From: Lytechinus pictus
Taxonomy: Eukaryota
Assembly (NCBI RefSeq): GCF_037042905.1
Contig: NC_087245.1
Location: 13,022,001 to 13,086,000, forward strand
Direction of reading: 5' to 3'
Length of the DNA: 64,000 nt
This document shows positions 25,911 through 38,131 of this stretch, in pieces (position 1 is the first letter of the stretch; every line of letters begins with the position of its first letter). The notes under the pieces were generated by a model. That model did no database searches. It worked only from the letters and a program-made list of their open reading frames with translations, and was not told where the DNA came from. A program made the translations under genes and the position numbers.

Positions 25911-26245
25911 ATGACTTTGTTTGAAATTTTGGGTACGGTGCAGTCTACGACTGTCTTGACAGACACTCCATGTATAACGTAGCTCAAGAATGAGAAGCGG
26001 ATATTCTGTGCCAAGTTTAGACAATTTGTTCGTTGTTGAGATGATACCGTATCGATGAGACGAGACGGTGAGGAGGAGGAGAAGAAGGCCGAGATGTCCT
26101 AAAGAGTAACTGTGTTGTGTTTGATAATCATCCGTGGTGACCCGTGAAAAGCATCGATGTCCTGAAAGCAATCAAACGTAGCGAGAAGAACATTGATACC
26201 ACCATGATTGACAGGTATAGGCTGGATTCCAATTTGGAATATGGT
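25911..26245 (+). pseudogene. Possible decayed intronless fragment of a Vps4/katanin/spastin-type AAA ATPase C-terminus
   Basis: Manual translation across stops and a frameshift gives MTLFEILGTVQS / MYNVAQE*EADILCQ / PVKSIDVLKAIKRSEKNIDTTMIDRYRLDSNLEYG. This resembles the helical lid and Vps4_C helix. Similarity judged by eye only. Confidence 0.4.
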
Positions 26246-26374
26246 GGACTTCAAATGTTGTTTTGTAATGAACTTGCTTCTTCGTCTTCCACTCCTGTTT
26301 TTGATTTGTTCACATTTGCAACTCGCTTTCAAAGCAGTCATTTGATTTGCTGATAACAGTATACCATATATTTA

Positions 26375-26569
26375 CACTCTTAAAAAAAGGTTTACCCAAT
26401 ATTGGGTAAAATGTGAAGATGCACGTTGGTTGGGTAAGAAGATACCCAATATTTTGTAAATGTTGCGTTGAAGTATCCCAATATGGGGTGAAAAAAATAT
26501 ACCCAGCAAACATGCATGTTCCCTTTCTACCCAATATTGGGTAAAATTTTACTCAGTGTTTTTTGGGTG
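26375..26569 (-). mobile_element. EnSpm/CACTA-like MITE, copy 2
   Basis: TA-CACTCTTAAAAAAA...TTTTTTGGGTG-TA. Internal palindromes TTTACCCAATATTGGGTAAA and AACATGCATGTT. Confidence 0.78.
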
Positions 26570-26589
26570 TAGTAAGCAAACGGCTTCTA

Positions 26590-27571
26590 CAGTGCGTATC
26601 AAAAAAAAGTTTACACTTTGAAAAAGACCTGGGAATTGAAAAATATACAACATGTGGGTAATTTTTTCACATATATTCTTGGGTTTGGGTCTCATCTATC
26701 CAATGGAAGTAAAAGTTTTGACAGAATGTTACACTTGAGTGAGCACTGTCCATTTTTGTAAAGCTCGCAGAAATCTGTTTGCGCAGAAATGCTAGTTTTC
26801 ACGCTGTGTCAAGGGGAAAGGGTGAAATCAAACTTACCCTGCTAAACATTTCTCATACATTTCCCTTGCCCTTTTAGTCAATTGAAATAAAACGAATACA
26901 TTCAAGCATTTTGTAACAATTTTTTCCACCCAAACTGAAATTTCAACACTTAGTAAGCACAACATCTACCCTTTTTGTGCCAACTGGACATAACTGAATC
27001 TGAAGAAAAGTTTATATCAGACATCTCCAGCATTTTTTCACTAAGTTTTTATCATTTAAAGTGGGTTTACATTTCATTTTTCATTTAATACTCATTTCTC
27101 CACACTTTTCCCAAGCTTGATAGACAATGATTAACAAAATGAAAATCAAGACTAAGCCATGCCATGTAAATCACAGCTCAGTGTAAAGCAAATATCGTCA
27201 CGATGGCCTCGGTGTGTGGGGGAGCGGGGTGGGGCGCAGTGCACTCTTCGAAGTGTATTGAGCAAGGAAACAAGTTAAAAAGGTAAAAGATATCTTCAAA
27301 TCAATGTTACTAGCTAAATTTCACGTGTCCTTCATGATTAAGGTCTACTTTTATTCGCATAACTATTTTAAAGTTCTGCGCAAATCATTTTCACTAACTT
27401 TTCAAAAGTAAGTGGTGCTCACTCAAGCGGAAATATTTTTCGACAGTTATATTGTCATTTGCTTAAATGGATCTCTACAAATGTCAAAATGTGGAAAAAT
27501 CACCAGGATATTACCAATTTATAATTTTACAGGATTTTTTCTAAGTGTAAACTTTTTTTTTATACGCACTG
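26590..27571. mobile_element. Tc1/mariner-type non-autonomous element, 982 bp
   Basis: TA TSD on both sides. Near-perfect ~29-bp TIR CAGTGCGTATCAAAAAAAAGTTTACACTT / AAGTGTAAACTTTTTTTTTATACGCACTG, continuing as a degenerate IR to ~170 bp (shared cttgagtgagcac). No ORF. Confidence 0.85.
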
Positions 27572-29585
27572 TATAGATTGTTCACTATACAGTAATGTTA
27601 ATTTTTGTATGGGGAAGTGTGATAATGTAACACAAAAGTTGTTGCCATCAGAATGGGACCAAACTCTTGTCAATGAACGGCATTCCCCTTTTCAAACTCT
27701 AATGAGAATAATAAGTCGATTGGTCCTCCTTATTATGAAGATGAATGATACCCGATAAAGAGGGAACGGTAAAACATGACTTGAATTAAATAAAGACGAT
27801 AATGACGACGAGGAGGAAACTGACCTATAGAAAAGCAGTCCATATATGTATAGTGAAGAGGGGAATTGCTTTTATTTACATATTTAAATACGCAAGAGTG
27901 AAATTTCAAAACATATATATCTGGCCAATATGACAGTCAAAATAATATTTCCAGGAATAGCAACATTTACATGTCCATTTCAATGCCACAGGCCAACGAA
28001 CTACACTTCATAATCACCAGGGAAAATGAAGTCATTTTTAGGATGTCGTAAAATCGCGATGTTCAGCTTCGTTGTAAAATGATACTTCCTCACAAATTAT
28101 CAATTTTTACTTGACATAGAAACCATGCTAACATGCAAATTGTTGTCGAAGGAGGGTAGGGTATCATAAATATATGCCAAAATTTCTGACTCATTATTGC
28201 TTGTTGGGAAACTTGAGAGATTGTTCAATCCAATGTCTTGTTAGTCTTATATGACAAGCTTATACGAATCGTGACTTCCGAAAAGATACATTTTTTGCGT
28301 CAATCAATTTCTTTAGTCGTCTGTCATCACTTAAAGATTGCTATCATTTCGTCACCCTCAGTGATGAATTAGACAACCTTTGTTTATCGTAGAAGTGAGA
28401 ACGTTTGTTAAACTTGCGGGGGAAAATGTGCAGATGATGATTTTGAAATTTGCTAGGAAGTTGGTAAAATGTTTGGCTTTGATTTAGACATTATTGATTA
28501 CTCACCATACACTAAATATTTATTTTACAATAAGTAAGATGACCCAAGCCCTCTCAACGTAGTGTTGCCATGGTTACGTACATGCACGAGTGGATCAAGA
28601 TTAGATCACTCTTCACTCTTCCTTTATTAAAAAAAAAAACATTGTAAAGCTCATCAAAACATTGGAAAATAAAACTTGAACAACCAAAAGCACCGTGATA
28701 TACATATTCTATTTAGGTCTTATCGATGGTCAGTGGGCATTATTGAAACCAAGCAATAGTCGCTGAATCATGATGTTACCCGCATTACTATGGCAAAAGC
28801 CAGACTATTATAATGTGATTATGATCATTCTTTCCAACAAACTTAATTTGACCAAATTCAGGTGAGGGGGAAATTTCTGGCACTCGTTGCAAAATGAGAA
28901 ATGTACATTAATATTGAAGTAAAAAGGACACATATTTTATGCCCTGACATGAAACTTCTTGCAATCATTGAATATGACCATTTTAAAGCTAATATCCCCA
29001 TTCACTTTGAACAGCACCAGTTAAACTACTCATGATAGTGCCTAGATCCTTACCCAAAATGCAACATTTGTATCATGTAGTTAAATGCCAATGAGACTGA
29101 TGAATAATGTTCCACAGCTACAATCTTAACACAATAACTGCCATAAATACAAATTTTATATTATGGTTGCAATCTTTTTGGTTTTAAATAAAAATCTAAT
29201 GGCTATATATCACAATGTTCTTACCGCATATTCACAATATATTTCGGACTTTTTTATTAACAATGAGCATGTATCAATATCAGCATGAAGCATATTGGCC
29301 TGTGGCAGGAGATTTATGTTTAGAGCTCCCTAGATATCGGTTCCCCCTTAAAGCAATAGGCATCCCAAAGTTTTAAATTGAACGTTATACAAGATGGACA
29401 TGGTTCTCCAGGAACTTTGACATAAGCTGTGAATATCGAACTGTCATATGGGTATATAACCACAAATATTTCTTAAAATTAAGGAAATCTACACGCCAAC
29501 TATGCTTCTGTATATCTCATATGATCATATGAGTGGGGTCAAACGGTGGAAATGTCAACATACTAAATTTTGAACTACCCGTAGT

Positions 29586-29588
29586 ATA

Positions 29589-29622
<34 letters not shown>
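29586..29622. repeat. (TA)n microsatellite
   Basis: Directly visible. Confidence 0.9.
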
Positions 29623-29625
<3 letters not shown>

Positions 29626-32600
29626 CCATTAAACAATCCAAATAGCGAATAGTGACTGCGTGGGAACTAATACACACGTTGCAGTTGGGTTCCATTTAGG
29701 CCTACCCATCACTTCCAAATTAGAATGCAATATCATTTTATTATTTCTCATATTGCTATATACGATATTCTTTACGATAGGAAAGCTTGTGTTCTGATAA
29801 ATCTTAATATTGTTTTCTGTATCATATAAAGCTATCACTATACCTTCTCGGCCCTAACCGTGTGCAAGTTCAATAACAACTGAGGAAAAGTGGTACCATA
29901 TGAATCGTCCCTCATAGAAAATGATTTATTAGCCAATATTGTGTCATAGAAATTGAATTTATATATCAGAGACTTGCGTTTCGACCGGCGTCCATATTTA
30001 GATACTTCCTCAAGTACTGAGAAGCCTCCAAAGGTCGCATGAAATATGATTGCCATTTTGATAGATATTGATGTCGATATATTTGTACCGGGTAGCATAT
30101 TGTATGTACAGTATAGTCTACATCATATCCATGAAGGGCTTATTATTTATTTATTTTAATTAGTCTTTGGAACACGTATACTCCTTTAATACTTATATCA
30201 CTGGAATACCGCGAAAAAAAGTTCAACGGCAAAGAAAAAAAAGACAAAAAAAGGAAAGGATGTGAAAAGTATTTGTTAAGTATTATGTTGATATTTATCA
30301 CAAAGTTAGACTTTGATTTTAAAGGGGGCAAATCTTTTGCTCGCTCGCAACTTTTAATAAACGTGCCAAGTTTTGCTCCCTCAAAATCTTTGGCTCATTA
30401 CGCCGATGGGCTCTAGCAGTATAAAGAGCAACGAAGATGAAATACCTCGCTCAAGGGCGCGTGTAGGGAATCGAACCCAGGACCTGCATGTACTTCCACT
30501 GCCACTCGTTACCTCTACTCATTTGTTTAGAGGGAGAAAGAGAGTGGGAGAGGGGGAGAGAGAGGGTATTCCGGATATGTATATATCTGGAGGAGAAATA
30601 TTACGATCATATTTTGTAAGTACTGTATAATCCTTTGCCTGTGGCAAACCTTCATCCTCTCTCATGTAGGTCTGGGTTTCTCCTCTGAAAGTGAGCTTTT
30701 ACCCAACATGTCATGCCCTAATTTCATCACCATCAGGGAAAATGAAATGGGTAAAATGGGATGACATTAATCATTAGAGAACTAGTGATAAATTCTTTAG
30801 TCTTTACCCCAAAAAATGAAATTTTAACAATGTTAAAAATATTATGAATAAAATGACATAAAAGTATACTCTTTAATGATCGCTAAAGTCTATTCCTGTA
30901 AGCCCACCGTTGAAGTATTTTGTTGATCTCTTATGCATGTAGTCGCTCGATGATGACCCATTTGCGAATGAATATACAGAAGATAAACATTTTGAAATAT
31001 TTCGAATCACCCTGTTGTATTAAATGTTGATTTTTGAAGTTATACCATATACTTATGTGATAGCCTATTGTTTAGTCGTCTCAAGCTGTATAAGCTTGGA
31101 CATGAATAGCATTTAATAATCATTGTTATTCTTTTTCTAAATAAATATCAAAGAAATTTTTAACAACTCCATATCTTCTAAAGATTCGAATGTCCGGTCG
31201 AATGTGCATATGCAAAGTTGACGATCTAAATTGAATGTCAATCGTCAACGGCGGTTACAAAACATTGGTTGCTTTGTGCATAGATGCTGTCTTTGAGCTG
31301 AATTAGGCGTCCGGATACCCCTTTCGAACATTCTTACTGCACTCACCCCTTTGTGGATAAATTACATTGCTGATCCAGACCAACGGCTCACCCCTACTTC
31401 TGTGGTCTGCGCAGCCGACGCTCCCGGGGCTTAAACCCAGCATCAAGCCGCTGCACATGCCTCGTGCTGCTATTGGGCCACACACGGGATACTAAGTCGG
31501 CAACGATCAAAGCAAAATCACATCGCCAAGGGACGTCAATTTGGTAATATTCTCTTTAGTTGGTTGTGGTGGAGAAAATCAGTTTAAGGGCAAACGGACT
31601 ACCCGAGACGACTCACCGCATGTAGCCGTTTAAGCTTTAATATTGTGCGCAAACAATATTTATTACAAAGTGATACAGTATTTTATTTAATTCAATCTAC
31701 CATGTACGACGTGAACTTTATAAGTAAGACGTTTTACGCCAATGTAGGACAACGTAGGTGGCGAGACAAGTACAATGCTAATTATTTTGTTTTTAGGGGC
31801 CCCGTCGATTCTAAATGTTTTAATTTGACTGATGGATCGGACAACATGACAAAATTCAATTAGATTATGATCATGATGATGTCTTTATGATAAAATTGTT
31901 AGCACGATGTGTAGCAGCTAGTTTACGGATGTTTTGTTTTCTTCATCACTATCACAAAGCTTAGCTCATTCAAAGAACAGGTCGAATGTTTGTGTCAAAT
32001 ATTAAGATACAGATACATGAAAGAAAAGAAAAATTTGATGACTAGGCAATGATGAGTATAAAATTATAGAGACAAAAGCTATATATTACACATCAGCTAA
32101 GAAAGGAATGGTATTCTAAGCAGAACAAAATATCAGCTTGAAATATCCTGGTTAATCTCTATGTCTGTGTAGGGAGTAAATATATTCGAATATTGATTAA
32201 TTTGGTTTCCGTTCGACCAATTTATTCATTTTTAAACTTATTTTATTATTCGAAAACAAATGTGAAGTTGCATCGATTTCTTCTTGCTCTAAAAATGACA
32301 AACCATAAGCACCAATAAAAGTTGAAGAAGTTTAACATATAAATCTATAAACCTCAAAAGAATACAAAAGTGTGGAACAATAAAGCATATTTTGGAATTC
32401 GTTTTTTTTTAGTTAGAAAATCGACATACAATCATACTTACACGGCTGACACAGCATTACATGTGCATGAATACTTTAAAATAAGAATAAACAGAAACAA
32501 ATTGTTTTTCTGCACGTATATAATTATATTCCACTGAGTAATGAATAATCACAGCAAATTTCTAAGAACAGATTGAACATGTTTTAATACAGTTTCGTCA

Positions 32601-33699
32601 CTTGTCTTATCGACGGTCTACGCTATACTGATGTGATGACATAATAGATAAAAAATTATGTGACCTTGAAATTATTTTTGCTTTGTTTAATAAACATTTC
32701 TCATTCAAAACACCCATTAGATGTGAGAGTACATACAAAATATTGTGCACGTGTAAAGTTTAAAGAACATTTTTGGCGAAATAAATGTTTTCTGATTTTA
32801 CAGTTAGTAATTTTCAAGCTTGAAGACAATTTAGTTGCAACCCTTCCGTATAATAGTGATACGATATCACACTATCACGCTATGATAATTGTTCATAGTG
32901 CTTACACAGTTGAGAGAGGAATCTCATTTATAGTATACACTTAAGCTTGCTGTGCTTTGTTTGGGTTTGGCAACATATCAAACGTTCATCGATTGTTCTA
33001 AGAAAAAAATATCCTTTGTAGTGTTTTCCCCCTATAGAATCGATTTTAAAACTTTCAATACCCTACATAATATTAAACAGTTTTGAACGCGCCTCTGTGA
33101 TATTTTGTCTATTTTCAACCTGACATAAGTATCCCCATGTTACTTTTCTTGGAGGAGCCAATTGCTTAAGGAGATTTTTAGTATTTTATTTTGTATGGGG
33201 TGAATAAAGAAAATGCATGCCGCATGATAATAGTTCAGTGATTTTATCTGATATCTTCGGCGTGTACTTGGATGGCTTGTTCTCGATGCTTCGCAAATGG
33301 GTCGGGTCCACAAACCAGAGTGCTTTGGTTCCACTGTTCACTCCCTCAGTTCTTCTATCCCTTTTATTCCTTGTATTTACAGTATCCCCATTGTCTTTAC
33401 GTTTCTTCATTAACGGGTTGGGAATTTCTAAAATAGTTGACGAACTCAACCAAGTTGTGTTAGTCGTCATCCAAAGGCCAACAAATTCAGTTTGAACTCG
33501 TCTACAAAGTGCGTGTGGCTCACCGGAAACCCCCATATCCGGTTTACGTCTGTCCAACTTTGTTTGAGGTTTATCTGATACATACTAATAAGCAGCACTT
33601 CGGTGGGGGAGTGGATAAGGAAAGGGTGATACTTATATATAAGTAAAGTGTAAGAGAACGGAATTTTGTAGATTATTTTAGGCGGTTATTACCAAACTG

Positions 33700-33871
33700 G
33701 TGGGGTATTTCATAAAGCTGTTCGTAAGTTGAATGCGACTTTAAGAACGACTGGTGAATCTGTCTTACGCGCTAAAATATTCACCAATGAACATTTAATG
33801 GTGAATATCATTTCCCACAAGAAAGGATCACCAGTCGCTCTAAACTTACGAACAGCTTTATGAAACGGCAC
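33700..33871. mobile_element. Harbinger-like MITE, uninterrupted copy
   Basis: TTTCATAAAGCTGTTCGTAAGTT...AACTTACGAACAGCTTTATGAAA inverted arms, flanked by CTG and CAG. Confidence 0.8.
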
Positions 33872-35839
33872 CAGTCCTGGTATGTCTATATACACAGTGA
33901 TGATAAAGCCTGCCAATTCGAAGTTCTCTTGGTTAAAATACCACTTTGCCTTGATTTACTTAAAAATAGAGAATAAATTTAAAGAAACAAATTATAGGCC
34001 TACCAAAATATCACTGAAAATATGTTAGTGGCGAACACACTCCCAAAATGTGTTCGAGAGCTACAAGTTTCATCAAATTTGAGGAGGAATGGTTTTTTTT
34101 TCTGTGCCAGTATCTTTACAAACTTTGTAATCTGGAAAACAAGCAAATATTTGGGACTGTCATGCCATTACTGAAGTAGTAACTTCTGATCGCCTTCTAA
34201 ATTTTGACTTATATACTGGCCTTTCAACAGTTTGTAAAATAACATTTATAAAAAGATTATGACTAAGAAAGTTGATTTCGAATCTTAACTGCTTTTACAT
34301 TTTTTAATCTAATGCTATTTTACTTCGAAGACTTTAAAGTGATTCCATGTTCTAATATTTAATGGATTGGCAATAAAACATCATTAAAATCAGTGACGAC
34401 ATTCTATATAATTATCATATTAGACAACGTAGCCGAAGGTGAGTATGATAATGTAATCTTGGCTAGTATGAATCGAAATAATAATCCAACAATCTTTAAG
34501 TTATGTAATCAGTTCAATTAGACTTTTCGTCTTCCTCGTCGGGACACTTCAAGTCATGAATCATATTCTAGATGCGCTATATTCAAACATATTGCTGTTA
34601 TTGTAACACATGGTGATGGTCTAAGTGCTTTCACATCTGTTATAGCGACTCTTTCTCTTTCCAATTCATGACCAATCAACATTCATCCTATCTTGTTGTT
34701 ACATTCATATAGAGACCGTTGGTCAAAGCCATAAATAGGGGTCAGTAACATGAAATTCATTGAATCATATATACAGTGACACCCCGCGTCATTTTCTATG
34801 CTGATCCGTTTAGCATATTGAACTTTAAAAGAAATATGACAGACACGTTGATTTTTTTTCTCCAAAAATGCAACAGTAAAGAGGGTTTTTCAAATTCCAG
34901 GGGGGGGGGCTGTTTTATCTACCACCCGTTCACAATCTGCATGACCTTTCAAGATTACAACCATCTCATTGACACGTTCGGTTTGTCTGAGTATATGCTA
35001 TTAAGTTTGTTACTTTAACTGATAATCACTTAGGCCTTAACTTGGATCTCTGACGATACAGCTTTAGATAACTCATTGTTTTCGCAATGATTTCACTTTA
35101 TTTACGGGGTATACTTGAATACAAACCAAGCACGAAAGAAGACAAAATGAGATATCCAAACATCGCGACAGTCTGCTTAAGACAACATTCACGTGAGAAA
35201 GGTTGTGAAATAGAACGCAGGAAATTTATGATCTGGAACAGCGAAATTCCCTCGGGGTCTCTTTCAAATTTTATTCTCTTTCAAAATACAGGTAATCATA
35301 TGTTTCCTTTACACTTTTTGACATCGTTGGAAGGCGAACTTGAGACCCTAATTTTCCAGACAGTTTGTAAAGATCACACAAGTTTCTATTCTCGTGCTTT
35401 TGGGGTTTAAATAGGATGAATTAGGTCAAAGAGAGTTATATTTGTCATATTCAATTGTACTCAATTAAAACACAACTTGTTCAGTTAAATAAAAAGTCAC
35501 AATAATAATCTGCCAAGATCCAAGAGTACCGTAAATAAGTCGGACCCCTTCACCAAAGATACCGATATTGTACTCCCCCAAATAAAAATATATATATTCT
35601 CTCTCTCTTTATATATTGCTTTACACTTTTGTAATCATTAGATAAAGAGTTTGAAATGCTCATTTTTGTTAGCAAGTGCAATCATGAGAATATCCATACT
35701 TTTCTCAATGATGAGTATATTAGCAGCGTTGACATATCCCTCATGCAACGGGACTATGATCTGAAAACTTAAGAGATAGGATGAAATGAAGATATCTTCC
35801 CTATACGTGAAAAAATGACAACTCCATATTATCTGATCA

Positions 35840-36867
35840 TTTTTGTCTCGCCTGCATATCAGAGCGAGACTATAGACGCCGCTTTTCCGACGGCGACGGC
35901 GGCGTCGTCAACATTGAAATCTTAACCAAGGTTAAGTTTTTGAAATGTCATCATAACTTAAAAAGTATATGGACTTAGTTCATGAAACTTAAACATAAGG
36001 TTAATCAAGTATTACTGCTGCCTTAGTTTTAGGTCACATGACCAAGGTCAAAGGTCATTTAGGATCAACGAACTTAGACCATGTTGGGGGAATCAATATC
36101 AAAATCTTGAATAAGGTTAAGTTTTTTAAATGTTGTCATAACTTAAAAGTATATGAACCTAGTTCATAAAACTCATACATAAGGGTAATAATGTATTACT
36201 GAAGATCCTGCCTGAGTTTCAGGTCACATGATTAAGGTCAAAGGTCACTTAGGGTCAACGAACTTTGGCCATGTTGGGGTTATTTGAGGGATTGTCATAA
36301 ACTTTAAAAGTTTATGGATCTAGTACATGAAACTTGAAAACAAAAACAATCATTTATCCTTGAATATCATGTGCGAGTTTCAGGTCACATGATCAAGGTC
36401 AAAGGTCACTTAGGGTCAACGAACTTTGGCCATGTGTGGGGTATTTGAGGAATTTTCATCATAACTTTAAAGTTTATGGATCTATTTGGACATAAGAGCA
36501 GCAATGTAACCCTGATTACCCTTTGCGTGTTTCAGGAACATGGCCAAGATCAAAGGTCATTGGTCAATGAACTCTGGCCGTGTTGGGAGTATGTGTTGAA
36601 TTGGTATCATAACTTATAAAGTTTATTGATCTAACTCATGAAACATTGACATAAGGGTAATCAAGTATGAATGATTGTTTTGCGCATGTCTTAGGTCACA
36701 TGATAATGGTCAAATGTAATTTTGGGTCAGTGGACGTAATATTCTATTATCATATTAGTGTTTTCTTCTGTGATGGATAATTATTCATAAGCTGTTTTCA
36801 AAGTCAGCACTGCTGCTATATCGAATTGCGTAATGCAGGCGAGACTGCCAAACACGTTCCACTTGTT
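35840..36867 (+). mobile_element. Helentron/DINE-1-like non-autonomous element with a central tandem array (5 units of ~150-190 bp)
   Basis: Starts in a T run and ends CTTGTT. Perfect 13-bp subterminal IR GTCTCGCCTGCAT (35845-35857) / ATGCAGGCGAGAC (36833-36845). Short 5' hairpin (gtctcgc...gcgagac) and a GGC/GAC microsatellite. Repeat anchors aggtcacatg at 36031, 36221, 36382, ~36534 and 36693. No TSD. Confidence 0.8.
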
Positions 36868-37682
36868 TATGTTTTAGTTTGTGTGCTTCTATTTTAATAT
36901 TCCTTTTTTTTTCAACATTAGCTCATATGTCATTTTAATTCGGTTACGTAAAACCGTTCTTAATTTTTAGTTCGTACGTTAATTAAACACGGAGACAAGC
37001 AATCCGCACGCGTGTCCTAAGAAATCCTTCGCTCATTAAACATGAGGGTGACGAGAATCACAGCGGAAACAACAAAAACAACTGTTCGGAAGCGAGCCCC
37101 TTGAAATCCTAGGTGAGGGATATCCGGATGAAAGTGAGAACATCCCTAAGTCAATGACAAGAAGGAAAGGTTTAATCCAGCTATTAATTGAATCGATTCC
37201 GTGCTAAAATTCCACACAATGGAAAAAGTATCATTTACGCCATTCGTACGCTTGCCATATCTTCAAATTCTCATTTTATTCATCTCCATTCTAACAATTA
37301 TATTCGACATGTAGTGGCGAAGAATGCAGTTTTAGATTTGTGAACATTGTCGATCTCCATACGTGCATATGAGATAGAAAGCAATAAGATTAATTTATTA
37401 CATTGGTAACGTACTAAGGATTGTAGTATCGTTTTGGAGCTAACTTTGTATTGGGTATCGTTCATACGGATGAGCATGTACCACTTATACACGGAGATAA
37501 ATCTCCATACAGATCAGTGGTATGTCCGACAAAGCAACAATGCCTTGTTAGATAAGTTACTAACTTTTATTTCAACTAGTATTCGGGTAATATAATCTAT
37601 TCTATTCAAAATCGATTAATAAAAAAATTTAAACCAGTTTGGATTGCATGGAGTCATACTGATTTGTCGAAATGCACGATGC

Positions 37683-38131
37683 ATTAAATCAGCAACAATG
37701 ACCACGACAGTCTTAGCTGCAACCCACCACTTGAACATTAAATCGGCAACAATGACCATGACAGTCTTAGCTGTAACCCACCACTTGAACATTAAATCGG
37801 CAACAATGACCATGACAGTCTTAGCTGTAACCCATCATTAAATCGGCAACAATGACCATGACAGTCTTAGATGTAACCATGGTAACCCACCACTTGAACA
37901 TCTAATCAGGAACAATGACCATGACAGTCTTAGCTGCAACCCACCAGTTGAACATTAAATCGGCAACAATGACCATTACAGTCTTCGATGTAACCATGGT
38001 AACCCAACATGTGAACATTAAATCGGCAACAATGACCATGGTAATCTTAGCTGCAACCCACCACTTGAACATTAAATCGGCAACAATGACCATGACAGTC
38101 TTAGATGCAACCCACCACTTGAACATTAATC
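37683..38131. repeat. Minisatellite, ~8 units with a 54-bp consensus (46- and 63-bp variants)
   Basis: Unit attaaatcggcaacaatgaccatgacagtcttagctgtaacccaccacttgaac starts at 37683, 37737, 37791, 37837, 37900, 37954, 38017 and 38071. Confidence 0.92.

Noticed and set aside
31300..31640. HDV-like or hammerhead ribozyme in a GC-rich intronic patch (also checked ~18750, ~34530 and ~55110-55195)
   Set aside because: I could not build the required P1/P2/P3 pairings or a CUGANGA/GAAA core by eye. A covariance-model search would be needed. The patch may simply be an enhancer.
37683..38131. CRISPR-like array or repeat-protein ORFs (37616..38136)
   Set aside because: Units are contiguous near-identical repeats with no unique spacers and no cas genes. 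A 46-bp unit breaks the reading frame, and the context is a eukaryotic intron.
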